Shown here in pieces: positions 10,187 to 21,288 of a DNA stretch of 61,804 nucleotides (within the stretch, counting starts at the first letter, position 1; each line of letters begins with the position of its first letter). The DNA lies in NCBI GenBank assembly GCA_040004125.1, contig JBDUBL010000004.1:1-61804 (forward strand). Reading direction: 5' to 3'. Position numbers and translations under genes: made by a program. This stretch comes from Actinomycetota bacterium (GTDB lineage: Bacteria; Actinomycetota; UBA4738; HRBIN12). The notes under the pieces were generated by a model. It had not been told where the DNA came from, ran no database searches, and saw nothing but the letters and a program-made list of their open reading frames with translations.

Positions 10187-11776
10187 CTAATCCTCCACGC
10201 GCTCCCGCGGGTGCAGGAGCCCATACGTGTACCCGTCGACGAGCGCCTCCCACGATGCCTCGATGATGTTCTCGCTCACACCGACGGTGGTCCACTCGTG
10301 CTCGCCGTTGGACAGATCGATCAACACGCGCACGATCGCGCCGGTGCCAACGCTGTGATCGAGCACCCGGACGCGGAAGTCCTCGAGCTCCATGTCGTCC
10401 AGCTGCGGGTAGTCGTTCGTCAGCGCCTTGCGCAACGCGTTGTCCAGGGCGCCGACGGGCCCCTTGCCCTCGGCGCTCTCGATGTGCCGCGTGCCGGCGG
10501 TCACGACCTTCACGGTCGCCTCGGCGAGCGGCTCGTCACCGGTGCGCTCCTCGACATGGACCCGGTAGCTCTCGATCTCGAAAAAGGCCTGCAGCCAGCC
10601 GTCTGCTCGGCGCAACAACAGCTCGAGCGACGCTTCGGCGATATCGAAGGTGTACCCAGCCGCCTCACGTTGCTTGAGCTGCTCGACGGCGACCGGGATC
10701 GCGGCGTCGCCGAGGGCGAGGTCAAACTCCTCGGCCTTCATACGGATCGACGCGCCGCCGCTGTAGTCGGATGCGACGACGCCGCGACGATTGCCGACGG
10801 CGTCGGGCGAGACGTGCTCATAGGCCCGGGAAACGCGGGCCACCCCACTCGTGTGCAGACCGGCCTTGTGCGTGAACGCGTAGCGCCCCGCATAGGGCTG
10901 CCGCGCCTCGGGCGAGAGGTTGGCGATCTCGGCGACGTAGTGCGCGAGCTCGGTCAGATGCTGCACGGACCCTGCCGGGAGCGCGTCGGTCACGCCCATC
11001 TTCAACACGAGGTCGGCGACGATCGGCACGATGTCGGCGTTGCCAGTGCGCTCCCCGTAGCCGTTCACGGTGCCCTGCACCTGCAGTACGCCGGCGTCAA
11101 CGGCCACCAGGGAGTTCGCGACGCCACACCCAGCATCGTTGTGCACATGGATGCCGAGCGGCACCGAGGCCTGGTCGGCAACGGCGCCGACGACCGCCGC
11201 GATCTCGAACGGGAGCATCCCGCCGTTCGTGTCGCACAGGACAAGCCGCTCGGCGCCGGCCTCCTCCGCGGCCGCCAGCACCTGCATCGAGAACGCCGGG
11301 TCACTGCGATAGCCATCGAAGAAGTGCTCGGCATCGAAGAACACACGACGACCCTGTGCTCGCAGGAACGCCACGGAGTCGCGCACCATCGCCACGCCCT
11401 CGGGCAGATCGGCGCGCAACGCCTCGGTCACGTGCAGGTCCCACGCCTTGCCCACGAGGCACACGACCTCGGTCCCGGCGTCGAGCAGGTCACGGAGCGC
11501 CTGCGCATCCTCGGCGCGCTCGCCGACGCGACGCGTCATGCCGAATGCGGTCAGCTGCGCATGCTGCAGCGTTTCCTTCGTGGCGAGCTGGAAGAATTCA
11601 GTGTCGCGCGGGTTCGCGCCGGGCCAGCCACCCTCGATATAGGGGAAGCCGACCTGATCGAGCTTATGCAGGATACGCAGGCGATCTTCCACCGTGTAGG
11701 ACAGGTCCGCCTGCTGCGCGCCGTCGCGCAAGGTGGTGTCGTACAGCTCGACCCGTACGCCGGGCTCGGCGCTCAT
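10187..11776 (-). CDS. cimA: Citramalate synthase
   Basis: [35 protein letters not shown], LeuA-type regulatory C-terminus; ATGA overlap with leuB. Confidence 0.88.
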   Translation of the reverse strand: MSAEPGVRVELYDTTLRDGAQQADLSYTVEDRLRILHKLDQVGFPYIEGGWPGANPRDTEFFQLATKETLQHAQLTAFGMTRRVGERAEDAQALRDLLDAGTEVVCLVGKAWDLHVTEALRADLPEGVAMVRDSVAFLRAQGRRVFFDAEHFFDGYRSDPAFSMQVLAAAEEAGAERLVLCDTNGGMLPFEIAAVVGAVADQASVPLGIHVHNDAGCGVANSLVAVDAGVLQVQGTVNGYGERTGNADIVPIVADLVLKMGVTDALPAGSVQHLTELAHYVAEIANLSPEARQPYAGRYAFTHKAGLHTSGVARVSRAYEHVSPDAVGNRRGVVASDYSGGASIRMKAEEFDLALGDAAIPVAVEQLKQREAAGYTFDIAEASLELLLRRADGWLQAFFEIESYRVHVEERTGDEPLAEATVKVVTAGTRHIESAEGKGPVGALDNALRKALTNDYPQLDDMELEDFRVRVLDHSVGTGAIVRVLIDLSNGEHEWTTVGVSENIIEASWEALVDGYTYGLLHPRERVED

Positions 11777-12831
11777 CCGCCCGCGCCCGCTACGACGAGG
11801 TCGCCGACCCCGGCGGTCGTGTGTCCCATCTCCCCGGCCGCCATGCCCTTCATCTGCGCGGTCGCCGCGCGGATGCCCCGGTCGATCCTGGTCGCCGCGT
11901 CGTGCTCTCCGAGTTGGCGGAGCAGCATCTCCATCGCGCCGATCGCCGCCAGCGGGTTGATCGTGCCCTTGCCCGTCTCGCTGGGCGCCGTCCCGCCGAT
12001 CGGCTCGAACATCGACACCCCGTCGGGGTTGATGTTGCCGCCGGCGGCGATGCCCATGCCGCCTTGGATCATCGCCCCGAGGTCGGTGATGATGTCGCCG
12101 AACATGTTGTCGGTCACGATGACGTCGAAACGCCCGGGCGAGTCCAAGAAGTAGATACACGCCGCGTCGACATGCACGTAATCGGTCTCGACGCCCGGGA
12201 ACGCGGTGGCGAGCTCATCGACGACCCGTTGGTAGAGGTCGCCCGCGAAGGTGAGCACGTTGGCCTTGTGCACCAACGTAACCTTCCCGCGCCGCACCGG
12301 CGAGGCCGCGAGTTCGAACGCGTACCGGACGATCCGCTCCACGCCGTGGCGCGTGTTGATCGACTCCTGCACGGCGACTTCGTGGGGCGTCCCTTTCCGA
12401 TGGAAGCCCCCAGCGCCGCCGTAGAGGCCTTCGGAGTTCTCACGCACGACCACGAAGTTCACGTCGTCTTCCGTGTGGCTCGGCACGAGGGTAGTCACGC
12501 CCGGGTAGCGGACCACCGGCCGCAGGTTCACCCATTGGTCGAGCTGGAACCGGATCTTCAACAGGAGCTCCCGCTCGAGGATGCCGGGCTTGACCCGCGG
12601 ATCGCCGACCGCGCCCAGGAACACCGCATCCATCTGGGCGATCCGCGCGAGCTCGTCATCGGGCAGCACGTCGCCGGTGCGCAGGTACCGCTCCGCGCCG
12701 AGGTCGAAATCCACGAGGGTGGCGTCGAAGCCGTCGCGGACGGCCTCGAGCACCTTGAGGCCCTCGGCGACCACCTCCGGTCCGGTGCCGTCGCCCCGGA
12801 TCACGCCGATCGTGTGGTTCCGCTCGGTCAC
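11773..12831 (-). CDS. leuB: 3-isopropylmalate dehydrogenase (actinobacterial type)
   Basis: [43 protein letters not shown]. Confidence 0.9.
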   Translation of the reverse strand: MTERNHTIGVIRGDGTGPEVVAEGLKVLEAVRDGFDATLVDFDLGAERYLRTGDVLPDDELARIAQMDAVFLGAVGDPRVKPGILERELLLKIRFQLDQWVNLRPVVRYPGVTTLVPSHTEDDVNFVVVRENSEGLYGGAGGFHRKGTPHEVAVQESINTRHGVERIVRYAFELAASPVRRGKVTLVHKANVLTFAGDLYQRVVDELATAFPGVETDYVHVDAACIYFLDSPGRFDVIVTDNMFGDIITDLGAMIQGGMGIAAGGNINPDGVSMFEPIGGTAPSETGKGTINPLAAIGAMEMLLRQLGEHDAATRIDRGIRAATAQMKGMAAGEMGHTTAGVGDLVVAGAGG

Positions 12832-14420
12832 GGCGTGACCTCGTTCGTCTGGGCGACATCTTTGGCCTGGACCTGGAGGGCGCGGTTCACCGCGGCGAGG
12901 TAGGCGCGTGCGCTTGCCTCAACGACGTCGGTGGCAACCCCGCGCCCCGTGACGCGGCGCCCGTCGATATCCAGCTGCACCACCACGTCACCGAGCGCAT
13001 CGGTGCCTTCGGTCACCCCGGACACATGGAAGCTCGCGAGTCGACCCTCGACCTCGGCGGCACGAGCGATGGCGCCCATCGCCGCGTCGATCAAGCCGTC
13101 ACCGGTCGCGGATTCCTCGATCACCTCCTCCCCCCTGCGCAGCCGGACCGTGGCCCGCGGTTGCAGGTGCGTGCCACCGCCCATCTGCAGCGACTCCAGG
13201 ACCAGGAGGTCCTCGTCACCCGCGCCAAGCTCTTCGGCGACGATCGCGGACAGATCCTGATCCGTCAGCTGGACCTTGCGGTCGGCCAGATCTTTGAACC
13301 GCGTGAACGCGCGGTTGAGAGCCGCGTCGTCCAGCGCGATGCCGAGTTTGTCGAGCGCGTCGACGAAGGCATGGCGGCCGCTGTGCTTGCCGAGCACGAG
13401 CTGGTTGCCTTCGAGCCCGATCTCGACGGGGTCCATGATCTCGTAGGTTTCGCGGTTGGCAAGCACGCCGTGCTGGTGGATCCCGCTCTCATGTGCGAAC
13501 GCGCTCGTGCCCACGACGGCCTTGTTTCGCTGCACGCTGTAGCCGGTGGTCATCGCGACCAGCCTCGACGTGCGCGTGATCTCCTTGATGGTGAGGCCGT
13601 GCTGCACACCCAGGTGGGCGCGACGGGTTCGGACGATCATCGCGATCTCTTCGAGCGAGCAATTGCCCGCCCGCTCGCCGATCCCGTTGACCGCCACCTC
13701 GACCTGGCGGGCGCCGTTCTCGATGCCCGCGAGCGCGTTGGCCACGGCTAACCCCAAGTCGTTGTGGCAATGCGTCGAGATCACCACGTCGTCGGGCAGC
13801 TCCTGGCGCACGATCCGGATCAGCTCGCCGAACTCCGTCGGGGTCGCATAGCCCACCGTGTCGGGCACGTTGATCGTCGTGGCGCCGCAGCGAACCGCCA
13901 GCCGGTAGCACTCGATCAGGAACGCAAGCTCGGTGCGCGTAGCGTCCTGCGCGCTGAACTCGACGTCTTCGGTGTAGCCCTTCGCCAGGGTCACGTTGTC
14001 CTGGATCGCATCCAGAACCTGCTGGTGGCTCATCTTCAGCATCGACTCGCGTTGCACGTCACTCGTCGAGATGAACGTGTGGATCCGCCAGCGCTCGGCG
14101 CCCTTCAGGGCCTCCGCGGCACGCTCGATGTCACCGGTCGCGGTGCGAGCGAGCGCGGCGATCACCGGTCCGCGCACCGAGTCGGCGATCTCGCGAACGG
14201 CCTCGAACTCGCCGTGCCCCGAGATCGGGAACCCCGCCTCCAGGATGTCAACGTTGAGGCGCGCGAGCTGTTCGGCGATCTCGACTTTCTCGGAGCGAGT
14301 CAGCGCGATGCCGGGAGCCTGTTCCCCGTCACGCAGGGTCGTGTCGAAGATCCGTACGACGTCGTGCTGGGCTCCCACTTCGCTGCTTGAGCCCGGTACC
14401 TCAGGGTCTGCGGTGGTCAT
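12828..14420 (-). CDS. leuA: 2-isopropylmalate synthase
   Basis: FDTTLRDGEQAPG, HCHNDLG, NGIGERAGN, HESGIHQHG, LGKHSGR; start overlaps ilvC stop (TGATG). Confidence 0.93.
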   Translation of the reverse strand: MTTADPEVPGSSSEVGAQHDVVRIFDTTLRDGEQAPGIALTRSEKVEIAEQLARLNVDILEAGFPISGHGEFEAVREIADSVRGPVIAALARTATGDIERAAEALKGAERWRIHTFISTSDVQRESMLKMSHQQVLDAIQDNVTLAKGYTEDVEFSAQDATRTELAFLIECYRLAVRCGATTINVPDTVGYATPTEFGELIRIVRQELPDDVVISTHCHNDLGLAVANALAGIENGARQVEVAVNGIGERAGNCSLEEIAMIVRTRRAHLGVQHGLTIKEITRTSRLVAMTTGYSVQRNKAVVGTSAFAHESGIHQHGVLANRETYEIMDPVEIGLEGNQLVLGKHSGRHAFVDALDKLGIALDDAALNRAFTRFKDLADRKVQLTDQDLSAIVAEELGAGDEDLLVLESLQMGGGTHLQPRATVRLRRGEEVIEESATGDGLIDAAMGAIARAAEVEGRLASFHVSGVTEGTDALGDVVVQLDIDGRRVTGRGVATDVVEASARAYLAAVNRALQVQAKDVAQTNEVTP

Positions 14421-15430
14421 CAGCTCGGCACTTTCTCCTCGGATTCCAGCCAGGGCATCATCTGGCGCAGCTGGCGTCCCACCTGCTCGAGCTGGGACGT
14501 CTGCGCCTGCTGGCGAAGTCGAAGGAACTCCGGGAACCCCGCGTCGGCCTCGGCGATCCACCGCTTCGCGAAGGTGCCGTCCTGGATCTCGGCGAGCACC
14601 TGTCGCATCTGTCCGCGCGCATGCTCATCGACCACGCGGGGACCGCTCTGATAGTCGCCCCACTCGGCGGTGTCGGAGACCGAGTAGCGCATCCACGACA
14701 GACCGCCCTCATAGATCAGGTCGATGATCAGCTTGAGCTCGTGCAGACACTCGAAGTAGGCGATCTCGGGTTGATAGCCCGCCTCGACCAGCGTCTCGAA
14801 CCCGTTGCGGATCAACTCCGAGATGCCGCCGCAGAGCACGGTTTGCTCGCCGAACAGGTCCGTCTCTGTCTCTTCCTGGAACGTGGTCTCGATGATACCG
14901 GCGCGGGCGCAGCCGATGCCGTTGCCGTAGGCGAGCGCGCGCTCCCGGGCCGTGCCCGTGGCGTCTTGCTGCACGGCGACCAGCCCCGGCGTGCCGATGC
15001 CCTGTTCATAGGTGCGGCGCACGAGATGCCCGGGGCCTTTGGGGGCGATCATCGTCACGTCCACCCCTGCGGGAGGCATCACCGTGCCGAAATGCACGGA
15101 GAACCCGTGGGCGAACATCAACATGTCACCATCCTTGAGGTTCGGCGCGATGTCCTCGGCGTAGACCTTCCCGTGTGAGGTGTCCGGCAGCAGGCACATG
15201 ATCACATCGGCCTCGGCGACCGCGTGGGCGGTGTCGAGCACACGCAGGCCCGCCTCCTGGGCTTTGGCGCGACTCGACGATCCCGGGCGCAGCCCGACCC
15301 GCACGTCATGGCCGCTGTCCTGCAGGTTCTGGGCGTGGGCGTGCCCCTGTGAGCCGAAGCCCAACACGGCGATCTTCTGATCGCGCAGGACCCCAGTGTC
15401 GGCGTCCTTCTCGTAGTAGATCGTGGCCAT
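14420..15430 (-). CDS. ilvC: Ketol-acid reductoisomerase
   Basis: [40 protein letters not shown]. Confidence 0.95.
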   Translation of the reverse strand: MATIYYEKDADTGVLRDQKIAVLGFGSQGHAHAQNLQDSGHDVRVGLRPGSSSRAKAQEAGLRVLDTAHAVAEADVIMCLLPDTSHGKVYAEDIAPNLKDGDMLMFAHGFSVHFGTVMPPAGVDVTMIAPKGPGHLVRRTYEQGIGTPGLVAVQQDATGTARERALAYGNGIGCARAGIIETTFQEETETDLFGEQTVLCGGISELIRNGFETLVEAGYQPEIAYFECLHELKLIIDLIYEGGLSWMRYSVSDTAEWGDYQSGPRVVDEHARGQMRQVLAEIQDGTFAKRWIAEADAGFPEFLRLRQQAQTSQLEQVGRQLRQMMPWLESEEKVPS

Positions 15431-15467
15431 CTCCGCAGTTCCTTCCTCGGGGTCGGGTGGTGGTGTC

Positions 15468-15992
15468 TCAGGCGTGCGCGACCTTGAGCGAACGTTCCTT
15501 GATGCCACGGTCGCCGCGCCCGAGCGCGATACGCCCCGTCCGTGACAACTCGACGATGCCGAAGTCTCGCAGGAGCGACAAAAGGGCCTCAAGCTTCTCG
15601 GACTTGCCCGCGGCCTCGAGCGTCAGCGTCGACTGGGTGACGTCGACGACGTTCACGCGGAACACGTCGGCGATCTCCATGATCCGGGCACGATTGTCGC
15701 CCTCGGAGCGGACCTTCACGAGCATCAGTTCGCGTTCGACCGCGGAGCCCTGGTCGTGCTCGAGGATCTTGATCACGTTGATCAGCTTGTTCAACTGCTT
15801 CGTCACCTGCTCCAGCGGTTTGTCCTCGACGTCGACCACGATGGTCATGCGCGAGACACCCGGCATCTCGGTGGCGCCGACGGCGAGCGAGTCGATGTTG
15901 AACCCGCGCGCGGCGAACAGCCCGGCGATGCGGGTAAGCACGCCAGGCCGGTCCTCGACGAGCACGGAGATGGTGTGCAGGAAGTTCGTCAT
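15468..15992 (-). CDS. ilvN: Acetolactate synthase small (regulatory) subunit
   Basis: [37 protein letters not shown] domain; ELSRTG. Confidence 0.93.
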   Translation of the reverse strand: MTNFLHTISVLVEDRPGVLTRIAGLFAARGFNIDSLAVGATEMPGVSRMTIVVDVEDKPLEQVTKQLNKLINVIKILEHDQGSAVERELMLVKVRSEGDNRARIMEIADVFRVNVVDVTQSTLTLEAAGKSEKLEALLSLLRDFGIVELSRTGRIALGRGDRGIKERSLKVAHA

Positions 15993-17731
15993 ACGATCGG
16001 TGCCTCCCCCGGAACCTCGTGCGGCGCAAATTCCGGCCCCAGGATGATGTCGTCGTTCGAGGCGCCCGCGGGCACCATCGGGAAGACACCCTCGCGGGGA
16101 TCCGTCCGGAAATCGATCACCACGCTGCGGTCTTCCACTGCGTAGGCCTTCTCGATCGCGGCGTCGACCTCCTCGGGAGCGTCCACGCGCAGACCGACGG
16201 CCCCGTAGGCTTCGGCCAACTTCACGTAGTCGGGCACGTCGGGGTTCAGGTAGACGCCCGAGTAGCGCTCCTCGAAGAAGAGCTCCTGCCACTGCCGCAC
16301 CATGCCCAGATACCCGTTGTTCAAGATCGCCGTGATGAAGGGGATCTTCTCGGTGTTGCTCGTCGCAAGCTCTTGCGCGGTCATCTGGAAGCAGCCGTCA
16401 CCGTCGATCGCGACCACCCGCTTGTCCGGCTGGCCGACCTTGGCACCCATCGCCGCCGGCACCGCGAAACCCATCGTGCCGAGCCCACCGGAATTGATCC
16501 AGTGGCGCGGGCGCTCGAACCGCCAGTACTGGGCGGCATACATCTGATGTTGGCCGACGCCCGCGACCAGGATCGTGTCGTCGTCGGCGAAGGCGCGCAG
16601 GCGCTCCACACAGTATTGCGGCTTGATGCGGTCGGAGTCCTGGCCGTAGCGCAGCGGGTACGCGGACTGCCATTCGGCGAGCTGTCCGAGCCAGGCGGAG
16701 CGATCCGGGAGGCCCGTACTCTCCTGACGCGCGGCCAACTCGGTCGCGAGCTTGCCGATCACGTCCTTGCAGTCACCCACGATCGGCACGTCGACGAACC
16801 GGTTCTTGCCGATCTCGGCGGGATCGACGTCGACATGCACGATCTTCGCGTGGGGCGCGAACCCGGCGAGCTTGCCGGTGACACGGTCGTCGAACCTCGA
16901 ACCAAGGGCCACCAGCAGGTCTGCACGCTGCATCGCGGTGACGGCCGTGTAGTTCCCGTGCATACCGGGCATACCCAGACACAGTTCGTGGGAATCGGGG
17001 AAGGCTCCGCGGGCCATCAGCGTCGTCACGACCGGGAGCCGGCCGGTCGTGGCGAGCTGCATCAGCTCTTGCGACGCGTTGGCCTTGATGACGCCGCCGC
17101 CCACGTACAGGACCGGGCGTTCCGCAGCCAGGATCAGCTTCACGGCCTCGGTGACCTGGCGGTTGTTGCCCTTGGTGGTTGGCTTGTAGCCGGGAAGGTT
17201 GATCTTCTCGGGCCAGACGTAGGTGGTCTCGGCGTTCAACACGTCCTTCGGCAGGTCGACGAGCACCGGGCCGGGCCGGCCGGTGCTCGCGATGTGGAAT
17301 GCCTCACGGATCGTCTCGACGATGTCGGCGGGATCCTTCACGAGGAAGTTGTGCTTCGTGATCGGCATGGTGATGCCGGTGATGTCGGCTTCCTGGAATG
17401 CGTCGTTGCCCACCACCGGGGTCGGCACCTGACCGGTGATCGCGACGATCGGCACCGAGTCCATCTTCGCGTCGGCCAAAGGGGTGACGAGGTTCGTCGC
17501 GCCCGGCCCGCTCGTGGCCATACAAACGCCGACCTTTCCGGTCGCCCAGGCGTAGCCCTCCGCCGCGTGCCCGGCGCCCTGTTCGTGGCGGCACAGCACG
17601 TGACGGATCGGCGAGCGATCGACCAGCGGGTCATAGATCGGCATGCTGGCGCCGCCCGGGATCCCGAAGATGACTTCCACGCCCTCTTGTTCGAGGGCCT
17701 TCAGTACCGCGTCGGCACCTTTGACCTTCAT
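15989..17731 (-). CDS. ilvB: Acetolactate synthase large subunit
   Basis: [42 protein letters not shown] ThDP motif, GMVRQWQ. Confidence 0.95.
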   Translation of the reverse strand: MKVKGADAVLKALEQEGVEVIFGIPGGASMPIYDPLVDRSPIRHVLCRHEQGAGHAAEGYAWATGKVGVCMATSGPGATNLVTPLADAKMDSVPIVAITGQVPTPVVGNDAFQEADITGITMPITKHNFLVKDPADIVETIREAFHIASTGRPGPVLVDLPKDVLNAETTYVWPEKINLPGYKPTTKGNNRQVTEAVKLILAAERPVLYVGGGVIKANASQELMQLATTGRLPVVTTLMARGAFPDSHELCLGMPGMHGNYTAVTAMQRADLLVALGSRFDDRVTGKLAGFAPHAKIVHVDVDPAEIGKNRFVDVPIVGDCKDVIGKLATELAARQESTGLPDRSAWLGQLAEWQSAYPLRYGQDSDRIKPQYCVERLRAFADDDTILVAGVGQHQMYAAQYWRFERPRHWINSGGLGTMGFAVPAAMGAKVGQPDKRVVAIDGDGCFQMTAQELATSNTEKIPFITAILNNGYLGMVRQWQELFFEERYSGVYLNPDVPDYVKLAEAYGAVGLRVDAPEEVDAAIEKAYAVEDRSVVIDFRTDPREGVFPMVPAGASNDDIILGPEFAPHEVPGEAPIV

Positions 17732-18045
17732 CCCGCGATCACCTCGCGATGCTCCACGGGACCGGTCTCGACCCGCCGCACCTGCGCCTGCAACCGATGG
17801 GCCAGATTGCGGCAGGCCCGCTCGAACTCCCACGGGGTCCAATCCCGCCGGCGCATCTGAAGCACGTCGGACATCTGCTCCTCGCCCACGTCGAATCCGC
17901 CGCCGAGGTAGACCACCTCGGAAGACAGGTAGCGATCCACCGTCGCACGGGTGCTGTTGTCGATCGCGTCGACGCTGACCTGACCGGGTCCTTCCCACAA
18001 GACGCTGGCCACAACGGTCCCGTCTCGCTCGAACTCGTAGCGCAT
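17728..18045 (-). CDS. Hypothetical 105-aa protein, first gene of the ilv-leu operon
   Basis: GAGAGGAG RBS before ATG 18045; high-GC codon usage; ATGA overlap with the ilvB start. Confidence 0.75.
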   Translation of the reverse strand: MRYEFERDGTVVASVLWEGPGQVSVDAIDNSTRATVDRYLSSEVVYLGGGFDVGEEQMSDVLQMRRRDWTPWEFERACRNLAHRLQAQVRRVETGPVEHREVIAG

Positions 18046-18073
18046 CGGCGGTCTCCTCTCTGTCTGGGGATAC

Positions 18074-18099
18074 AAAAAGCCCCCCGCTGGGCGGAGGGC
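18074..18099 (-). terminator. Intrinsic terminator of the ilv attenuator
   Basis: GCCCUCCGC-CCA-GCGGGGGGC 9-bp stem (one G-U pair) followed by UUUUU, upstream of the operon RBS. Confidence 0.85.
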
Positions 18100-18140
18100 A
18101 TCTGGCGCGGGGGTCTTCGGGCCCGTGGGGCCCCCCGCGC

Positions 18141-18191
18141 CTAGGCGATAAGTACGAGGACGCTGCGTCGGTACACAACTTGCTTGCTCAT
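18141..18191 (-). CDS. ilvL: ilv operon leader peptide [16 protein letters not shown]
   Basis: 16 codons with a Val-Leu-Val-Leu-Ile run (GTC CTC GTA CTT ATC) just before the stop, followed by GC-rich hairpins and the terminator. Confidence 0.85.
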   Translation of the reverse strand: MSKQVVYRRSVLVLIA

Positions 18192-18200
18192 GATCACAAC

Positions 18201-18229
18201 AGTGTGCGGGCCTATCGGCTGGGTGTCAA
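18201..18229 (-). promoter_or_regulatory. Housekeeping sigma promoter of the ilv leader
   Basis: TTGACA-N17-CACACT, 9 nt before the leader ATG. Confidence 0.8.
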
Positions 18230-18368
18230 CTTCAGGCCTTGTACCACAGAGGCTCCTCTGCCTCACGCGCCGCCCCGAGGATTCCCGGTGCATGCCCGTC
18301 GGCAGAGATTCCGGTCAAGGTATAGCGTCGCGCGAAGAGGGGTCCGAAGGCCCGGAGGAGGGAACGCC

Positions 18369-18830
18369 ATGAAGAAGCCGCTGTTCATCGGGGCGATGGC
18401 GCTGGTGGTGGTCGGGACCGCGCTCACGATCTCGTTCGCGGGGTCGCGGGCGGTCACGCAGCCAACCACGCTGCGCGTCATCGAGCACGCGATCACCGAC
18501 AAGGTGATCGACACAGGGAAGGCCGGTGACACGTCCGGTGACCTGCTCACGTTCAACAACCCGATCTTCGACGCGACCAACAGCCACAAGGTCGGGCACG
18601 ATCAGGGCGACTGCATCCGGATCTCACCCAAGCAGGGAACCTGGGAGTGCCGTTGGCTGACCTTCATCGCCGGCCGAGGCGCGATCATGGTCGAAGGCGC
18701 GTTCTTCGATGGCCGGGACAACACGCTGGCGATCACCGGCGGAACGATGGACTTTCGCAACGCCCGCGGCTCCATGAAGCTCGTGGCCCGCAAGGGTGGC
18801 TACAACTTCGTCTTCATGCTTCTGCCGTAG
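18369..18830 (+). CDS. Secreted allene oxide cyclase barrel / dirigent-like protein
   Basis: Signal peptide MKKPLFIG...; GDLLTFNNPIFD, G-x-C-I-R, AITGGTMDFRNARG; GGAGGAGG RBS. Confidence 0.7.
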   Translation: MKKPLFIGAMALVVVGTALTISFAGSRAVTQPTTLRVIEHAITDKVIDTGKAGDTSGDLLTFNNPIFDATNSHKVGHDQGDCIRISPKQGTWECRWLTFIAGRGAIMVEGAFFDGRDNTLAITGGTMDFRNARGSMKLVARKGGYNFVFMLLP

Positions 18831-18854
18831 CGGGATCGGATCGAATGCGCCGAG

Positions 18855-18882
18855 GAAGGGGCGGCCGCACGGCCGCCCCTTC
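18855..18882 (+). terminator. Hairpin terminator after the dirigent-like gene
   Basis: GAAGGGGCGGCC-GCAC-GGCCGCCCCTTC perfect 12-bp stem. Confidence 0.7.
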
Positions 18883-18897
18883 GGCATACTGACCGCC

Positions 18898-19716
18898 ATG
18901 CTCGACCAGCGATTGGACGCCGACGGGATGGTCTGTCACGTGTTGATCGACGGTGGCCGCGCGGTCTCGCCGCGGTTCGTCTTCCGCGGCTACGACGACG
19001 ACGTGCACGGCCCGTACGTCCGGCCGCACCTCGACGCCGAGGGCAAGCTGTACGGGCGGTTCGCGGCGCTGTTGATCGAGGCGCCCGACGGACTGATCCT
19101 GGTCGACGCCGGGCTGGGCGGCTTCGGCGGCGACCTCGACACCGGACACCTGCACGAGGAACTGGATGCGCTCGGCGTGCGCCCATGGGACGTTCGGGTG
19201 GTGGTGATCACCCATGGACACGCCGACCACGTCGGCGGTCTGGTCGGGCCCCGAAGGGAACCGACGTTCCCCGACGCGCGCCACGTGATCCACCGTCGCG
19301 AGGCCGACTTCTGGGCCTCCGACGCCGCGGCGTCGTTGCCCGACGACGCGGGGGAGCCGGCGTTGCTCGCCCTGCACGCCCTGTTGGAAGCGGACCTGCT
19401 CGACGTGATCGCCGAGGACGTGGACGTGGTCGATCGGGTGCGCGCGATCGAGGCGCCCGGCCACACGCCCGGACATCTCGCGGTCGTGATCGGCGATACC
19501 CTGCTGTGGGCCGGCGACGCCATCGTCTCTCCCCTGAACGCCTCGCATCCCGAGTGGGTGAGTGCCGCGGACATGGATGGCTCGGTGAACGAGGAAACCC
19601 GGCGGGCGCTGCTTGCCCGAGCTGCAGACCAGAAGCTCACACTCGCGGGTTCCCATCTGCCGATCACCGGCACGATCGCGCGTCACGGCAACGGGTTCGC
19701 GATCATCGAGGACTGA
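18898..19716 (+). CDS. MBL-fold metallo-hydrolase (lactonase / methyl-parathion hydrolase-like)
   Basis: THGHADH, GHTPGH, AGD and GSHL motifs; ATG 7 nt after CATACT. Confidence 0.85.
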   Translation: MLDQRLDADGMVCHVLIDGGRAVSPRFVFRGYDDDVHGPYVRPHLDAEGKLYGRFAALLIEAPDGLILVDAGLGGFGGDLDTGHLHEELDALGVRPWDVRVVVITHGHADHVGGLVGPRREPTFPDARHVIHRREADFWASDAAASLPDDAGEPALLALHALLEADLLDVIAEDVDVVDRVRAIEAPGHTPGHLAVVIGDTLLWAGDAIVSPLNASHPEWVSAADMDGSVNEETRRALLARAADQKLTLAGSHLPITGTIARHGNGFAIIED

Positions 19717-19752
19717 GGCCATCGGCCCCCGTCGAGTAGGATCGGCGAGACG

Positions 19753-21288
19753 ATGTCGTCAAGACTCCCGACGGCGCTCGAGTCACCACTCGTCGTCGCA
19801 TCCAATCGTGGTCCCGTCTCCTTCCAGCGCAATGACGAAGGGGAACTCGTCGGCGAGCGCGGGTCCGGCGGACTCGTCACGGCCCTCGCCGGGGTTCTGT
19901 TCGAATCCGACGCCACATGGCTCGCAGCGGCGATGACCGACGGCGATCTGGAGGTCGCCGCGTCGGGGCGTCCGATCGAGGTCGACCCCGCCGGCCGTGC
20001 GGCGTTCGTCGATATTCCGCCGGAGCGCTACAACGGCTACTACAACGGGGTGTCCAACCGTGTGCTCTGGCAATTGCACCACTACCTATTCGACCTGTCG
20101 TACCTGCCGACGTGGGATGCCGAATCCCGACAGATCTGGGACGACTATCGTGAGGTCAACCGAATCTTCGCCGAAGCGCTCGACCAGCATCAAGACGGGC
20201 CTCCCGTCTACCTCGTGCAGGACTACCAGTTGTCGATGGTGCCGCGGTTCCTGCGCGAACTGCGCCCCGACGCGCGCATCGCACACTTCACGCACACCCC
20301 GTTCGCCGCCCCCGCATACATGCGGGTGCTGCCGGGACCGTTCCGGGAGGATCTGCTCAGGGGCATGCTCGGCGCCGACGTTCTGGGCTTCCAGGCAGAG
20401 CAGTGGGCAGAGAACTTCCTGTTGAGTGCCCGCGACTCGCTGCCCGACGTGCACGTCGACGTGCGGCGACGTCGCGTCAAGGTGGGCAACCGCACCGTGT
20501 TGGTTCGCACGTATCCCGTGTCGCTGGATCCCGGCCCCCTTCGCGCGACGGCCCGCGGCGCCGAGGTCAAGACGATCCGGCGGGAGATCGCCGCGTGGCG
20601 GGAGGATTCCAAACTCCTGTTGCGCGTGGATCGGCTGGAGTTGTCCAAGAACGTGCTGCGCGGGTTCCAGGCGTATGAATCGTTCCTGCACGATCGACCG
20701 GATTGGCATGGTCGGGTGCGCTTCCTGGCGCTTCTGCCCCGGTCCCGGTCGGAGATTCCCGAGTACCAGCTCTATGCCGAACGGTGTCGCGAGGCTGTCG
20801 ACATGATCAACGCGAAGTTCGGTGGCGCCGGCTGGCAACCGGTCGAGATGCGCACCGAGGAGAACTACGCGCAGGCGGTCGCGGCCTACGGGCTGTACGA
20901 CGCGTTGCTGGTGAACCCCATCTTCGACGGCATGAATCTGGTGGCGATGGAAGGGCCGCTCGTGAACAAGCGGCACGGAGCGCTCGTCCTGTCACGCAAC
21001 GCGGGTGCGTTCGCACGCCTCGGGAGACACGCGATCGCGGTGAATCCATTCGATGTGGCGGAAACCGCGGGCGCGATCGCCGACGCGCTCGAGATGCCCG
21101 AAGCTGAACGGGTCCGTCGTGCCCGCGGCCTCACGCGCGCGGTGCTGACCCGCAACCCGGTGCGGTGGCTCACCGCACAGCTGCGCGATCTCGACGTGGT
21201 GGCGGGGATGTCCGACGTATCACAGGGTTCGCAGGACCTCGAGGAGTCCGGGTGGGCCTTCGACGAGGAGGTCGGCGGCGAGCCGTAG
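19753..21288 (+). CDS. otsA: Trehalose-6-phosphate synthase (GT20)
   Basis: ASNRGP, GSGGLV, QDYQL, HFTHTPF, RVDRLELSKN, FDGMNLVAMEG. Confidence 0.88.
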   Translation: MSSRLPTALESPLVVASNRGPVSFQRNDEGELVGERGSGGLVTALAGVLFESDATWLAAAMTDGDLEVAASGRPIEVDPAGRAAFVDIPPERYNGYYNGVSNRVLWQLHHYLFDLSYLPTWDAESRQIWDDYREVNRIFAEALDQHQDGPPVYLVQDYQLSMVPRFLRELRPDARIAHFTHTPFAAPAYMRVLPGPFREDLLRGMLGADVLGFQAEQWAENFLLSARDSLPDVHVDVRRRRVKVGNRTVLVRTYPVSLDPGPLRATARGAEVKTIRREIAAWREDSKLLLRVDRLELSKNVLRGFQAYESFLHDRPDWHGRVRFLALLPRSRSEIPEYQLYAERCREAVDMINAKFGGAGWQPVEMRTEENYAQAVAAYGLYDALLVNPIFDGMNLVAMEGPLVNKRHGALVLSRNAGAFARLGRHAIAVNPFDVAETAGAIADALEMPEAERVRRARGLTRAVLTRNPVRWLTAQLRDLDVVAGMSDVSQGSQDLEESGWAFDEEVGGEP

